Below are positions 1-12,861 of a stretch of 64,000 nt of DNA, piece after piece. The notes below the pieces were generated by a model that worked only from the letters and a program-made list of their open reading frames with translations, was not told where the DNA came from and made no database searches. Within the stretch, counting starts at the first letter, position 1; each line of letters opens with the position of its first letter. The stretch comes from Okamejei kenojei (Eukaryota). Both the position numbers and the translations under genes were made by a program. Location: contig CM069140.1 of assembly GCA_035221665.1 (NCBI GenBank), positions 21,576,001 to 21,640,000 of the forward strand. Direction: 5' to 3'.

Positions 1-117
1 AATTTGAAATTAGAAATAGGATTTGAAGGGCAGTGCAAGAATTAGTTAATAACCTAAATGCAATCGATGGATGAATTTCAATGATACATTTAAAATGGCA
101 ATTTATCACTTTTTCAG

Positions 118-268
118 GTCAACCATACAATCAGTTGGCAATTCTGGCTTCCTCTAAAGGCGATCACCTTACTACCATTTTCTACTACTGCAGAAGTATT
201 GCTGTCAAATTTCCATTCCCAGCTGCTTCTACTAATCTGCAAAAAGCGCTTTCTAAGGCTTTGGAAAG
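118..268 (+). CDS. SMG7: SMG7 coding exon (first in window; TPR/14-3-3-like region)
   Basis: ttttcag acceptor, AG|gtaagc donor; encodes GQPYNQLAILASSKGDHLTTIFYYCRSIAVKFPFPAASTNLQKALSKALES, recognised as vertebrate SMG7. Confidence 0.97.
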
Positions 269-910
269 GTAAGCAAATTTGCTTCCAGAAGCAGCACAGT
301 TTACTGCAACTGGAGAACAATGCATGTAGTTTATTAGATTTTACTTTGCTTAATTTCCAATACCTTTCATACTTAATCACTGTAAGTAAAAGGATCAAGT
401 GCCTTGGCTCCCTCTATGGGACACATGGGACAGGACAACTATGGTGTGTGTCCATAACCAACGAGCAAAGGATTATTAATGCCAAGTGCAGAGTCATATC
501 TATGAAGTCAGTATAGTGAAATTCAATGCCAAATCAAGTGCCAAACACAAACAAAATAAAGATTAGGTTGTTAAGAGGGTTGGGAGCGACAAAAAAGGAA
601 AACAAATCTTGAACATTTTCTGTACTTTTCATTGTCGATCTTTTGGTCAGTAATTATTAAAGCATTCAAGTGTATGCATGTCAAGTCAATTCTGGGTAAT
701 TTCATTTCATTTACTTTAAAATATCTAATCTTCCATTATTTCTCGGAAGTAGATTTGTAGGCATTCTGGGGACTAGAAGTTACTAATAGGATTTATTTGT
801 TGGTATGTCTGTATGTATTCAATTTACTTAAGGTGTTAATAAATTGTATGCTTTTGGTTGTATTCCTCAAGAATGTAGACAAACCATTTGATTTTTATTT
901 TGTTATCTAG

Positions 911-1046
911 CCGTGATGATGTGAAGACTAAGTGGAATGTTTCTGACTTCATAAAGGCTTTTATTAAATTCCATGGTCATGTATATTTGGCTAAAAGTTT
1001 AGAGAAGTTGTGTATGCTGAGAGAAAAGCTGGAAGACCAGTTCAAG
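911..1046 (+). CDS. SMG7: SMG7 coding exon
   Basis: tctag acceptor, AAG|gtagga donor; RDDVKTKWNVSDFIKAFIKFHGHVYLAKSLEKLCMLREKLEDQFK; phase fits previous exon. Confidence 0.97.
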
Positions 1047-1876
1047 GTAGGACAAAGTTGCACTTTAGCAATAGATGTTACTTTTTACATCACTTAAACA
1101 TAAAATCACGGTTTAGAAATTGATTTGTATATTTTATTGCTCCTTTTGTTCCCCTTTTTGACAATCCAAGTCATGAAATTGTATATTGAGTTTAAAATAT
1201 TTGCAAATTGGAAAATTACCAATGGCTCATTTAAACACTTGAGGAGTAAGGGGCATCTAATATGCCTTGTTCAGACTGAAAAATTTAGGTTGAAAATGGT
1301 TTAGCTAAACTAAAGCGGATTTGACCTGCTTCTCAAGGTCCTCACCTGCCTGTTCTTATACAATATTTACAAGTTGATTGTTATATCTTGGAGGTGCCTG
1401 CCATCTACAGATTGAGAAGTTGGAGACAGCCAAAACCTCTCAAGACTTGATGTTTTGAATGCTCACATCTTTCTGGATTGGCTAAAATAGAAAATTGGCT
1501 AGTTATCCTAAATATGCCATTATGCATATGAAACTTATTTTGTTCCAATACAATGTTTTACAGGAGGTAAATACAGAGAGGTTTTGTGACCTTTTTATTT
1601 GTCTTAAGAGTACTTTATACTTTGATTTTGTGTTTCCTAGAAATATGGTAATTTTTATTGCACTGGCACTATATTCCAATTTTCCTCTTTTCGTATTTAG
1701 TTTGCTTGATAATTTTTCTTTGAAACAATGGTCCCTTAAGATTGCCAAATTTCTCTACTTTGTGGTTTGGAAAACACTCTTTTTGGGGGGCACAAGCAAT
1801 TGCAGTTGCTGATTTACAAAAAAAGACAAAGTGCTGGAGTAACTCAGCAGGTCAGACAGCATCTCCGGAAAACATA

Positions 1877-4800
1877 CAGTGGCTTGCAAAAGTTTTCATA
1901 CCCCTTGAACTTTTCCACATTTTGTCACGTTACAACCACAAACATAAATGTATTTTATTGGGATTTTATGTGATAGACCAACACAAAGTGGCGCATAATT
2001 GTGAAGTGAAAGGAAAATGATACATGGTTTTCAAATTTTTTTACAAATAAAAAACTGAAAAGACTTCCGGTGGCGCTCTGGAGTCCTAGAGCAAAAAGTA
2101 TTCCAGCCCCCTTTAACTCTTGACACCCCCTAAATAAAATCCAGTGCAAACCAAAATGCCATTCAGAAGTCACCTAATTAGTAAGTGAGTCCACTTGTGT
2201 GTAATCTAATCTCATGTAAATACAGCTGTTCTGTGAAGGCCCTTCAGAGTGTGTTAGAGAACATTAGTGAACAAACAGCATCAAGAAGCCCGAAGAACAC
2301 ACAAACCGGTCAGGATAAAGTTGTGGAGACGTTTAAAGCCTGGGTTAGGTAGTAAAAAAAAATCCCAAGCTTTTGAACATCTCACGGAGCCCTGTTTCAA
2401 TCCCTCATCCGAGAAATCGGAAACAGAGAATGGCACCAACCTGCAAACCTACCAAGACATGGCCGTCCACCTAAAACACTGACCAAGGGCAAGGAAGCAT
2501 TGATCAGAGAAGCAGCCAAGAGAAGTACAGAGAAGTTGGGGATGGTATCAAAAACAGGAAATTAGAAATGCGTGCGACAAAGCAAAACATTTATAATGGG
2601 TGACTTCAATCTACAGATAGATTGGGTTAAACAATCAAATTGGCAGGGTGCTGAGGAAGAGGATTTTTTGGAATGTAAATGGCGGGATAGTTATCTAAAT
2701 CAACATGTACAGGAACCCAACGTGAGAGCAGCTATTTTAGACTGGTTTTGATAATGAGGAAGGGGTAATTAGCCGTCTTGTTTACGTTGCCCCCTTGGCA
2801 AGTAGTGACCATAATATGTTGGAGTCTTTCATTAGGATGGAGAGTGACATTGTTAATTCAGAAAACAATGTTCATGAACTAAAGAAAGGTAACTTTGAGG
2901 TATGAGACGTGATTGGCCAAGATTGACTGGCAATTAATTCTAAAAGGTTTGACCGGTGATATACAATGGAAGACATTTAAAGACTGAATGGATGAACTAC
3001 AAAAAATTGTTCATCCCAGTTGGGTCAAAAGAATAAATCGGGAAGGTAGTGCATCCGTGATAACAAGGGAAATCAGGGATAGTACAAAGCAAAGGATGAA
3101 TGCGTACAAAGTAGCCAGAAAAAGCAGCATACCAGAGACTGGGAGAAATTCAGAGACCAGCAGAGGAGGACAAAGGGCTTAATTAGAAAGGAAAAATAGA
3201 TATGAAAGAAACTGTCATGTGAACATAAACTGACTGCAAAAGTTTTTTATAGATATGTGAAGAGAAAGAGGTTTAGTTAAAACAAATGTAGGTCCCTTGC
3301 AGTCAGAAACAGGTGAGTTGATTCATGGAACAAGGATATGGCGGACCAATGAAATAACTACTTGGTTCCGTCTTCACTAAGGAAGACAATAATAATCCTG
3401 CCTTGAATAGCAGGGACTGTGGGTCAAAGGAGGAATTGATGAAGATCCAGGTCTGTGCGGGAAGATGGTGGTTGGGTAAATGAATAGATTAAAGGCCGAT
3501 AAATCCCCAAAGGCCAGATAGGCTGCATCCCAGAGTACTTAAGAAGTACTCAGGAAATAGTGGATGCATTATTGAATAATCTTTCTAAACTCTTTAGACT
3601 TCTGAGTTAGTTCCTGATGAATTGGCGGGTACTAAGGTACCCCTCTTTTAAGAAGGGAGGAGAGAGAAAACGGGGAAATACCCAATTAAGTCTAACATCG
3701 GTAGTGGGGAAAACTGCTAGAATCAGTTATTAAAAGATGGGATAAGCAAGCCACACATTTGGAAGTGGTGAGATCATTGGACTAGTCCCCATGATTCACA
3801 AAAGGTTAATCATGTTCTGACGAATCTTCGTGGAATTTTTTAGAGGAATGTAACTAGAGCGTGGATAAGTAGAACAGTGGATTGGAATAAATCTGGACTC
3901 CAGAAGGCTTTCGACAAGGTCCCACAATAAGAGATATATACAAACTTAAAGCATAACGGTATTAGGGGTTCAGTATTGGATGTGGATAGAGAACTGCTGG
4001 GCAAACAGAACAAAGAGTAGGAGTTAAACGTCCTTTACACAATGGCAGTCAGTAACAATGGGTACCGCTGCGCTCATGCTGGGACCCCAGCTTATTTAGC
4101 CATATAATATTAATGATCTGGATAGGAATTGAAGCACTAATCTCCAGTTTTGGCGGAGATGACACTAAGCTGGGGTGCATGTTTCGCTGTGAAAAAAAGG
4201 AGGATGCTATGAGACTGCAAGGTGACTGGATAGCTGGGTGATGGGGCAAATTATGGCAGATGCAGTATACTGTGGAATAAATGTGAGGTTATCCACTTTG
4301 GTTGTGCAAAAACAAAAGCAGAGCTATTATTGTAAAATGGTTGCCGATTAGGAAAATGGGAGATGCATCGAGACCTGGGGTGACATGGTACACCAGTCAT
4401 TGAAAGTTAGTCAATGGCAGGAGCCAACAAGGCAGTTGAAAAAAGCGAATGTATGTTAGCTTTCATAGCAAAGGATTGAGTACAGGAGCAGGGAGGTTTA
4501 CTTCAGATTTGTTACCGGGTCTTGGTGAGTCCCACGACCTGAGTTATTGCGTGCAGTTTTGGTCTCCAATCTGAGGAAGGACATTATAGCCAGAGAGGGA
4601 GAGCCGAAGAAGGTTCACCAAACTGATTCCATGGGATTCACCTGTCCTTATGAGAAAGACAGATAACTTTCGGTTTAATACTCTCTGGATTTACGGAGAT
4701 TAAGAGGATCTTATAGAAACTTAACAAAATTCTTAGGGTTGGACAGCTAAATGCAGGAAGATTGTTCCCGATGCTGGGGAACTCCAGGACACAGGTGTCA

Positions 4801-6206
4801 CAGCTTAAGGATAAGGGGGAAATCCTTTAAGACCGAGATGAAAAGACTTTCTTTTTCTTCACAACAGAGAGTGTGGTGAGTTCTCTGAGAACAACTCTCT
4901 GCCACAGAGGTAATTGAGGGCAGTCATGGCTAATATTTAAGAGTGAGTTGTGTGGGCCCTTGTGGCTAAGGGGATCATAGGGTATGGAGAGAAGGCAGGT
5001 ACGATACTGATTTGGAGATCAGCCATGTTCATATTTAATGGCGTGGCAAGGGCTCGAATGGGCTGAAAATGGCCTACCCTGCAACCTAATTCTAGGTTTC
5101 TCTATGGTTCTATAGGCCTGGTACTGGAGGACTGCAGAGAATCTTTTCACTCAGGCTCAGATGGGAGGAAACTCCACCAAACAACTATTAGTTTGTGGCA
5201 CACCCCACAAATCGGGTCTTTTTATTGGGAAAGTGGTGGCAAAGAAGAGAGCCCTATTGTTTGAAACAAAGCCGATAAGAATCCCAGTTTCGCAGTTTGC
5301 TACTAAGCCCATGTGGGGACCACAGCAAAACATGTAGGAAGGTGCTCTTGTCCTGATGAGACTCACAAATTGAAGTTTTTGGCCTAAATGCAACACGCTA
5401 TGTGTGGTGGAAAACGAAACACTGCACACACACCCTGAAAACCACCATCACCCCTCTGTGAAAACATGGTGGTGGCAGCCAAATCATGCCTTGGGGATGC
5501 TTTCTTCACATTGCAGGAAGCTGCGTCAGAGTTGATGGAACCGCTGATGGACCTAAATTACAGGGTCAATCTTGGAAAGAACTGACCGTAGGAGGATCAT
5601 GCATCAGACTTGAGCCCACTGGGGCGGAGGCTTCACCTTTCCAGCAGAGACAACAACTACACCTAGACAAACATAAAAGTCAGTCGAGAGCTGCTACAAG
5701 GAATGGTTTAGATCAACGCCATATTCCCCATAACCTGCTGTTAGAATGGCCCAGTCTCTAGTCCAACCTAAAACCAATCGAGCATTCTCTGCAAGACGTT
5801 AAAATTGCTTGTTCGCAGACAATTAACGCTTCCATCCGATCTGACTGAACTTGAGATTATTTTGGCAAAAAGAATGCAAAATTTTCAGTCCTCTAGATGT
5901 GCAAAGTTGGTAGCAGGACTACATACCCCAAAAGACGGAGCTGTAACTTGCAAGCGAAGTGGTTCTTTCTAACAAAAGTATAGACACGGGTGCAGAATAC
6001 ATTTGCACGACTACAACTTTTTCAGTTTTTTTCCTTTGTAAATAAAATTTGGGAAACCATGTAATCATTTCCTTCCACTTCATAACCGACCACATTTGTG
6101 TTAGGTCTATCACATAAAATCCCAAATAAAATGCATTACGTTTGTTGGTTGTAACGTGACAAAATGGGAAAGGTTCAAGGGGTATGAAACTTTTGCAAGC
6201 CACTTG
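1877..6206 (+). mobile_element. Tc1/mariner transposon, split by a CR1 insertion
   Basis: TA|cagtggcttgcaaaagttttcatacccc ... ggggtatgaaacttttgcaagccacttg|TA, about 200-bp TIRs; transposase remnants VKHGGG..M.WGCF and LEWPS.SP.LN in 5450-5780. Confidence 0.9.
2523..5113 (+). mobile_element. 5'-truncated CR1 (HER1-like) LINE, indel-ridden
   Basis: colinear with the cleaner copies at 47140-48793 and 50178-51764 (GDFN, SDH, QKAFDKVPH, FADDTKL remnants); ends in tctatg-type tail. Confidence 0.9.
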
Positions 6207-6326
6207 TAGATTGTAAACTTCTGGTTGTAGGAATCTCTTCTTCAGACTGACTATAGGTAGCGAGGGAAAGGGTCCGAAAAGTGAGGAGAGAATGGAGCCT
6301 GCAAGTGGTGGGTGGATACAGCTGAG

Positions 6327-7242
6327 TAAGTAAGTAGTAAGTAATTTTTATTTATAATAGCACTTTTTAAAATCAAATCACGTTGAAGCCATAGTGCTCT
6401 TACCAGAGAAGAAATTTTAATTTTCCATACATACCGATAAACAGAAAAAAGAAAAAAAGAACACAGATACACTATAGGAATCAACATGAATCGTCCCCCC
6501 ACAGCAGAATCCACTGTGAGGGAAGGCAGCAAAAAGTCCAGTTCTCCTCCTCCTCAATAGTCCCACCCCGAGGTCCGGGGGCCCTAATTTGTGGCCTCCG
6601 CAGCCAGTCCGACTATTTGTAAGCCCTCTTGCCGAGAAGCTGGAACACTCCGCGTTGGTGAAACACTGCCTCTGTTGTTAGGAAATGTCTCTGAAGCTGG
6701 CCACCGCGCTCCTCCCCGCGAGGCTGCGGCGCCCGGAGTCCCTCGGGCTGGCGCTAGATTGGAGCTCCGACTTGGTGATCTCGGATCCCAGGCTCCTTCC
6801 GCGCGTGTTTAAATCCAGCATCGCCCGCCCTGCGCGGCTGTAATCGCCCCAGTCCCTCAGCTCCTCGACGTTGGAGTCAGCAGTCACTAGCACTCCAGAG
6901 CTTACCGCACAGCGACTCCACGGTAAGGCATTCGCTCGCTCCGTGTTTGGTTATGTCCCAGCACTGTGTGCGCGGCCGCCGAAGCAGTGGTCGTTCAGTA
7001 GGAAACGCCGCTCCAGCTCGATGGTAGGCCGCACGGAGAGGACGAAGATGCGATTCAGAGGAAAACCGCATCTCCAACCAGGTAGGAATGGGATTAATAC
7101 AGTATCCCCACACTGCCCCCCTCCCCCCCACCCACCCACCACCACATATAAAAAGATTAGACCTCCAAATAAAAGTTTTAGACACTAAAAAGGGTGAAAA
7201 GACGGACTGCAGGCAGGCTGTCACTCCTGCACATCCGCCAAA
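6327..7242 (-). mobile_element. GC-rich non-autonomous retroelement with (TTAC)n tail
   Basis: 7-bp TSD agctgag at 6320-6326 and 7243-7249; minus-strand 3' end aagtgctattataataaaaattacttac. Confidence 0.65.
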
Positions 7243-7736
7243 AGCTGAGGGTGGTTTTGATTGGCAGATGGTTGGATAAAGGTCAGTGATGAAAAGACAT
7301 AAGGTGGTGAGATGAGGAGAGAATTGGCAAGAAATGTGAAGTCAGAGGAAGGGGAAATGGATGCACATCCAGATGGGACACGGAAGAGGGGAGGTTAAAG
7401 GTGGGAGAGGAGGCATCCAAAGTGGAATACAATGTGCTGTTTCTTATCTCACCATCTTTTGCCTTTTCAACTCTAGCTTTTGTCCAACCATCTGCCAATC
7501 AACCCCCCACCCCTGTATCACTCGCCAGCTTTGCCTTGCCCCCACTGCTCTTCCACATTTATCCTTCCTGTTACAATCCTTCTATGGAAGGATCATTATC
7601 TGAAACACAACCTATTCATGTTCTCCAGAGATGCTTTATGACATGTTGAGTTACATCAGCACTTTGATTATTTTTTCTTATTTTTGGAAGTTATTTGTAC
7701 CAGTCATAATTCTGATTTAGATTTGGTTATTTTCAG

Positions 7737-7899
7737 AGACTTCTTCCTCAAAAGGCATTTAGTTCTCAGCAACTTGTTCACCTCACAGTTATTAATCTGT
7801 TTGAGTTACACCATCTGCGTGACGCCAGTACTGAACCTGATGACCATTGCTATAGTCAGGAAGAGCTATTGTGTTGGACACAACTCCTGGGTCTCTTCA
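7737..7899 (+). CDS. SMG7: SMG7 coding exon
   Basis: tttcag acceptor, gtaagt donor; RLLPQKAFSSQQLVHLTVINLFELHHLRD...LCWTQLLGLF. Confidence 0.95.
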
Positions 7900-8135
7900 G
7901 TAAGTGATTTCTTGACTTGGTTTTACTCTGAAAATTGAGAAAATGTATATAGCTTTTTATTTATTATCAGAGATTATGGAACAGCTGGACCATGCTCTAT
8001 CAATTTGAAGTAATTTCTTGCATCTATTTAGAAGTGATTGAAGATGTTTGATTATTTAAAAAGATACAGCATGCAATCGGGTAAATACTGCCAGAGGAAA
8101 GTATTTGTGAAAGTTGCTATTTTAATATTTTCTAG

Positions 8136-8292
8136 TGTCTTTTCTTGGCGTCATGTGCAAGTGTGCACTGCAGGATGAGAACCTTAAAGAAGCCTTGGGT
8201 GAATGCCCACTACCAGCTGTTAAAGTTTCAATGGACTGGCTGAAACTCAGACCCAATGTCTTTCAGGAGAGTGCATTGGAAGAGAGACAGCA
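8136..8292 (+). CDS. SMG7: SMG7 coding exon
   Basis: ttctag acceptor, gtaagt donor; MSFLGVMCKCALQ...PLPAVKVSMDWLKLRPNVFQESALEERQ. Confidence 0.95.
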
Positions 8293-8371
8293 GTAAGTAT
8301 TCCTTATTCAGATCTAACAAAGTAAATAAATTGATTAATATATCTTTTAAGTGATCCACAAATGTGGAATG

Positions 8372-8885
8372 CAGTAAACTCATGTTTCAACGGACATCTA
8401 TAATGGATTTCAGTTAAAGCACGCTGACCTGCAGACACCACAACCGGCACACACCGCCTTCCCGGCCACTTGCTCCCCACTCTAGTGCTGGTTCGCTAGG
8501 CCTCCGCGCCCACTTCCAGGCCACACCTGCTGCTGCTGCCACCTACCACACAGCTTCCTCAGATGCTTCCAGGCTGTGCCTGCCACCGGCAACCCTTGCG
8601 GCATTCCGGCAGCCTGTCCCACGAACATTGACTCCGCCTCCCCAGCAGGCTGGGGCCGTCAATTCACCTGGATTCTAGACTCGGTTCTAGACTGAGAGTC
8701 TGAAGCGGAGTCTCGAGCTGAAATGTCACCTGTCCATGTTCCCCAGAGATGTTGTCTGACCCGCTGAGCTACTCCAGCATTTTGTGTGCTTTTGTGTATC
8801 AACCAGCAACAGCAGTTGTATGTTTCTACTATTTGTACAATAATATTACCCTACTCGGTTATAGCGGACAATAACGGACACCATT
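8372..8885. mobile_element. truncated Tigger/pogo-like MITE containing a Penelope-derived fragment (8695-8830)
   Basis: cagtaaac start and ggttatagcgga motif shared with 58901-59258. Confidence 0.45.
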
Positions 8886-8887
8886 CT

Positions 8888-9105
8888 ATAAGATTCCCTC
8901 TCATTCTTCTAAATTCAAATTAATACAAACCCAGTCGACCCATTCCTTCATCATACGTCAGTCCCGGCATCCCGAGAATTAACCTGGTTATCCTACGCTG
9001 CACTCCCTCAATAACAATAATGTCCTTCCTCAAATTGGGAGACCAAAATTGCACATAATACTCCAGGTGTGGTCTCACAAGGGCCCTGTCCAACTGCAGT
9101 AGGAC
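8888..9105 (-). mobile_element. CR1 LINE fragment
   Basis: LVRPHLEYYVQFWSPNLRKDI. Confidence 0.85.
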
Positions 9106-9475
9106 CAAAACCACTCTAAATTGTGTAATTCATGCAAGTGTTTCTAGCATTTCAGTACAAGGAGCATCATATCTGAACTCTTGCTCACCATATTTCAGCT
9201 AATTTAATTGATGAAATAGTTTATTGCAATTTGTTGCGAACACCTGGCAGTGTTTGCTGCTTACACAGGGTCACTAAGGCATTCAGCATTGATGGTCTAA
9301 CAATTGATGAGTTTGATGACTTCTGCTTCCCCTTTGAATTCTTTACTTGGTCTTTCTCAAGCCGCACTAGTCAGGAAGATATCATTATTGCTGAACCATC
9401 ACTTATTGCTACAAAAAGATGTTCAGTGCCAGAATTGAAATTTGTCATACTTTATTTGTTTTCCTCTTCCCTCAG

Positions 9476-9546
9476 CATTTGGCCCTGGATTGTATCATTG
9501 CTGAACAGTTTTCATCCACAGGAAGATGACTTGTCCTGTTTTAATG
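9476..9546 (+). CDS. SMG7: SMG7 coding exon
   Basis: pyrimidine tract plus ctcag acceptor, G|gtaaga donor; IWPWIVSLLNSFHPQEDDLSCFN. Confidence 0.95.
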
Positions 9547-9725
9547 GTAAGAATGTTTGTTGATGGTAAAATTATCAATAATTATCAATTCATTTACAAT
9601 TGATTGCATAGTCTGTGGTTTTGTTTGTGAACAATTATGTCTGGGAAAAATATTACATGCACTCTAAATTTTGAGCTACACTCAGTTACCCTTTAGCTGT
9701 TTGCTCTAAAAAATCCCATTGGTAA

Positions 9726-10906
9726 TCTATATTACTAAAAGTCTGATCTTGACCACTTCCTGTTGTTCTGTGCATTTATTTTAGAAAAACGCTGCCACTT
9801 AGAGTCCCCCTCCGCTGCGCAGGACGAGGATTTTTCCCATGGATTAAAAATAAGAGTTATTAGTGTTTAAAAAATGTTGAGATTCTCTCTCCTGAAGGCC
9901 ACGCCCCTTCCGGAGGGACTATCAAACCCAGAAGTGTTGAGTGCCTCAGTCAGACTCTGCAAGATGGGGGAGCGAGAGGGTCACGTCTCTCAGTCTGAGC
10001 TGTGAATAACACTGAACACATGTTTACTAAACTGAGTGTGGTTTTACTGACCTTGAGTGCCCTTAATGTGGTTTGAAAATGAAAATGTGGTTAGTTTGAA
10101 ATAAAGCACAGCAAATGGTTGCTGTGGTTGGTTTGAAATAAAGCACAGCAAATAGTTGCTGGTGGTTGGTTTGAAATGGCAAATGATTAAAAGTTTAAAC
10201 TTGACAACTTCCTGTTTGCACTATATATTGATTTTAGATTAAAAAGCTACCACTTAGGGCTGTGATTTTTGGCCATCTTACTGAGCCCCCCTCCGCTCAT
10301 CAGGTGCAGAGGATTCTTCCCATCAATGAAAAATAAGTGTTATTAGTGTTTTAAAAATGTTGAGAATCGCTCTCCTGTCAATCACGCCATGGAAGCCATG
10401 AAATGGCATGAAACTGCACTTGAATTTGGTGGCCTTGCACCCTGCTTGAAGTGGCATGAAACTGCACTTGAATTTGGTGGACTTGCACCCTGCTTAAAGT
10501 GGCATGAAACTGCACTTGAATTTGGTGGCCTTGCACTCTGCTTGGTGGCATGAAACTGCACTTGAATTTGGTGGCCTTGCACCCTGCTTGGAGTGGTAAG
10601 AAACTGCACTTGAATTTGGTGGCCTTGCACCCTGCTTGAAGTGGTATGAAACTGCACTTGAATTTGGTGGCCTTGCACCCTGCTTGGTGGCATGAAACTG
10701 CACTTGAATTTGGTGGCCTTGCACCCTGCTTGAAGTGGTATGAAACTGCACTTGAATTTGGTGGCTTTGCACCCTGCTTGGAGTGGTAAGAAACTGCACT
10801 TGAATTTGGTGGCCTTGCACCCTGCTTGAAGTGGTCGGAAACTGCATTTGAATTTGGTGGCCTTGCACCCTGCTTGAAATGGAATTTCAAGGAATAGCTG
10901 TGTCAA
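9726..10906 (+). mobile_element. Helitron-like non-autonomous element (3' end not seen)
   Basis: A|TCTATATTACTAAAA start; internal diverged duplication (about 9747-9894 vs 10200-10377); short tandem repeats and minisatellite. Confidence 0.45.
10403..10878. repeat. minisatellite, 10 copies of a 46-48 bp unit
   Basis: unit gtggcatgaaactgcacttgaatttggtggccttgcaccctgcttgaa, head-to-tail. Confidence 0.97.
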
Positions 10907-10984
10907 ACTTCTTCCAAAATATACTGAAAGTCCCAATTTGATGAAATGGTATTAAAAAGTTTCAATTATATGTATTTTGACAGG

Positions 10985-11820
10985 AAATCATGTTGCAGTT
11001 TTATAGGACTTCAGTTAGGCTGCGTTGGAACTATTGTGTGCATTTCTGGTTGCCCCATTACAGGAAAGATGTAGAGGATTTTTAGATGATGCAGAAGATG
11101 TTAACGAGAATTTTGCCTGGATTAAAGGCTATTAGTTAAGAGGAGAGATTTGAAAAACTTGAATTGTTTTCTCTAGAGCATCAGAGGCTATGGCAAGACC
11201 TGATAGATATGTATACAATTATGAGAGGCATTAATAGGATAAACGGTCAGGCGGCATAACTGGTAGAGCTGTTGCCTCACAGCACCAGAGACTAGGTTCA
11301 GTCCTGACCTCGGGTGCTGTCTGTGTGCAGTTGACATGATCTTCCAGTGACTATGTGGGTTTCTTTTGGGTGCTCCAGTTTCCTCCCACATCTGAAACAC
11401 TTGGGTTTTTAGGTTAATTGGCTGCTGTAAATTGCCCTGACTGTGTCGGGAGTGGATGAGAAAGACGGATAACATAGATCTGATGTGAACGGGTGATTGA
11501 TAGCGTGGATTCGGTGGGCCGAAGGATCTGTTTCAATGCTGTATGTCTCTAAACTTCAACTTTTCCCAGGGTGGAAATGTCAAAGACTAGAGGGTATTGC
11601 TTATGGCGAGAGTGGCTAAGTTAAAAGGAGATGCGTGGTCAGATTTTTACAGAATGGTGGGTGCCTGTATTGTGCTGCCAGGGTTAGTGGTGGGGGCAGA
11701 CATGCTATTGGTATTTAAGAGGCATTCAATAGGTACATGGATATGCAGGACATGGATCACGTTCAGGCAAAGCTAATTAGTTTAACTTAGCATAAGGTCT
11801 TGCATAAACATTGTGGGGGC
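10985..11820 (+). mobile_element. old CR1 3' fragment interrupted by a SINE
   Basis: ttgcagttttataggact..ctattgtgtgcatttctgg..ccccattacaggaaagatgt motif. Confidence 0.7.
11265..11554 (+). mobile_element. HE1/V-SINE-type tRNA-derived SINE
   Basis: A/B-box-like head (ggtagagctg, ggttcagtcc), central tgggtttc..gggtgctccagtttcctcccaca, CR1-like tail gggccgaagg..ctgtttc. Confidence 0.8.
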
Positions 11821-11824
11821 GTAC

Positions 11825-12470
11825 CATTTTATGTTAGTGATATATTGGGGCCAGTTTGATGGAGATAACAGTGGATTAGACGCTGATCAATCCAGAATTT
11901 ATCAGTACCTGTGAAAATCCTAATCTCTCGCTTGGACATTGTTAGAATGTAAGAGATGCCAGTGCCTGGATTGAAATGTTGCCATGAGGTCTTGCAGCTT
12001 TGAATCAAGATATTATTGATGATGAAAAGATTGCACTTTAAGCATGTTATCAGAAAGAGGACTCCGTTGGAGTTAGCTTTCCCAACTCCCTCCTTGCTGA
12101 TCACAGCTTAGCATGAGGCATGCATCTGGACCCACCCTTGCATTGCAACTGTCCGGGAGAGTTGGTGTGCCTCCTCAAGAACACAAAGCGGGATTTAGTT
12201 TTCCTGAGGTCTGAATAGAAGTTTTCTTTAGTCCTATCCAGTGTGTAGGATTGGGGCATATGATATGACGATTTTAACATGTTGGTTCAGTGCTGGAGTG
12301 AGGCTGGAGACTCATGAGGCTTCCACTTATTCCGCAGTGGGAATTGCTGAGATGCCAGACCAGCAGGCTTGCTTGTCCATGGTCAACCACAGGTGTGCCA
12401 TTGCTGCAACAATTTCAGGTCTTTCTCAATGCAATACTGAGCCCTCTGCTACAGGACTAATGGGAAACTA
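11825..12470 (-). mobile_element. degenerate RTE-type LINE endonuclease fragment
   Basis: GVGKANSNGVLFLITC, KTSWQH and HRL-like remnants. Confidence 0.55.
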
Positions 12471-12861
12471 TTAATCTTATTCATCTCCTATTCCAAGTTG
12501 AGTTTAGTTCACTATGAGAGAGTCCACATTGTAGTTTAGTTGACCTTATGTAACCAAAATGGTAACAGTGGAAATTATTCTCTTGCCTAGCAGCAACTGA
12601 ATACCCATGTACAATATAATAAACAGCAAAAGGGTGGTATATTTGGAAAAATACACAAACAATAACGTATAGTGCAGAAAGACACAAAAGAGTGCCCCCA
12701 AGTTCCCATGTAGGGCTAGAGCTTATTTTGAAGGTGGTTGGTAGTTTATATAAATAAGCCTGATGGTTAATATACCTGAGTGTTGAGCTGCAAGTACCCA
12801 GGTTGATGATTGCGATTATGCACTTCAGAAGGGACAATTTTTGGGTGCCACCCCAAAAAAA

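Larger units (their letters stand above)
1790..7680. mobile_element. Penelope-derived palindromic element expanded by nested insertions
   Basis: left arm gtgctggagtaactcagc..gcatctccggaaaaca (about 1830-1874) is inverse of catgttctccagagatgc..gagttac..agcac (about 7617-7664); remaining pieces at 6209-6326 and 7243-7680. Confidence 0.6.

Noticed and set aside
10378-10936. CRISPR-like array or repetitive protein ORFs (170-184 aa)
   Set aside because: Units are head-to-tail with no unique spacers and no cas genes in a vertebrate intron; the ORFs arise because the repeat unit lacks stops on the minus strand.
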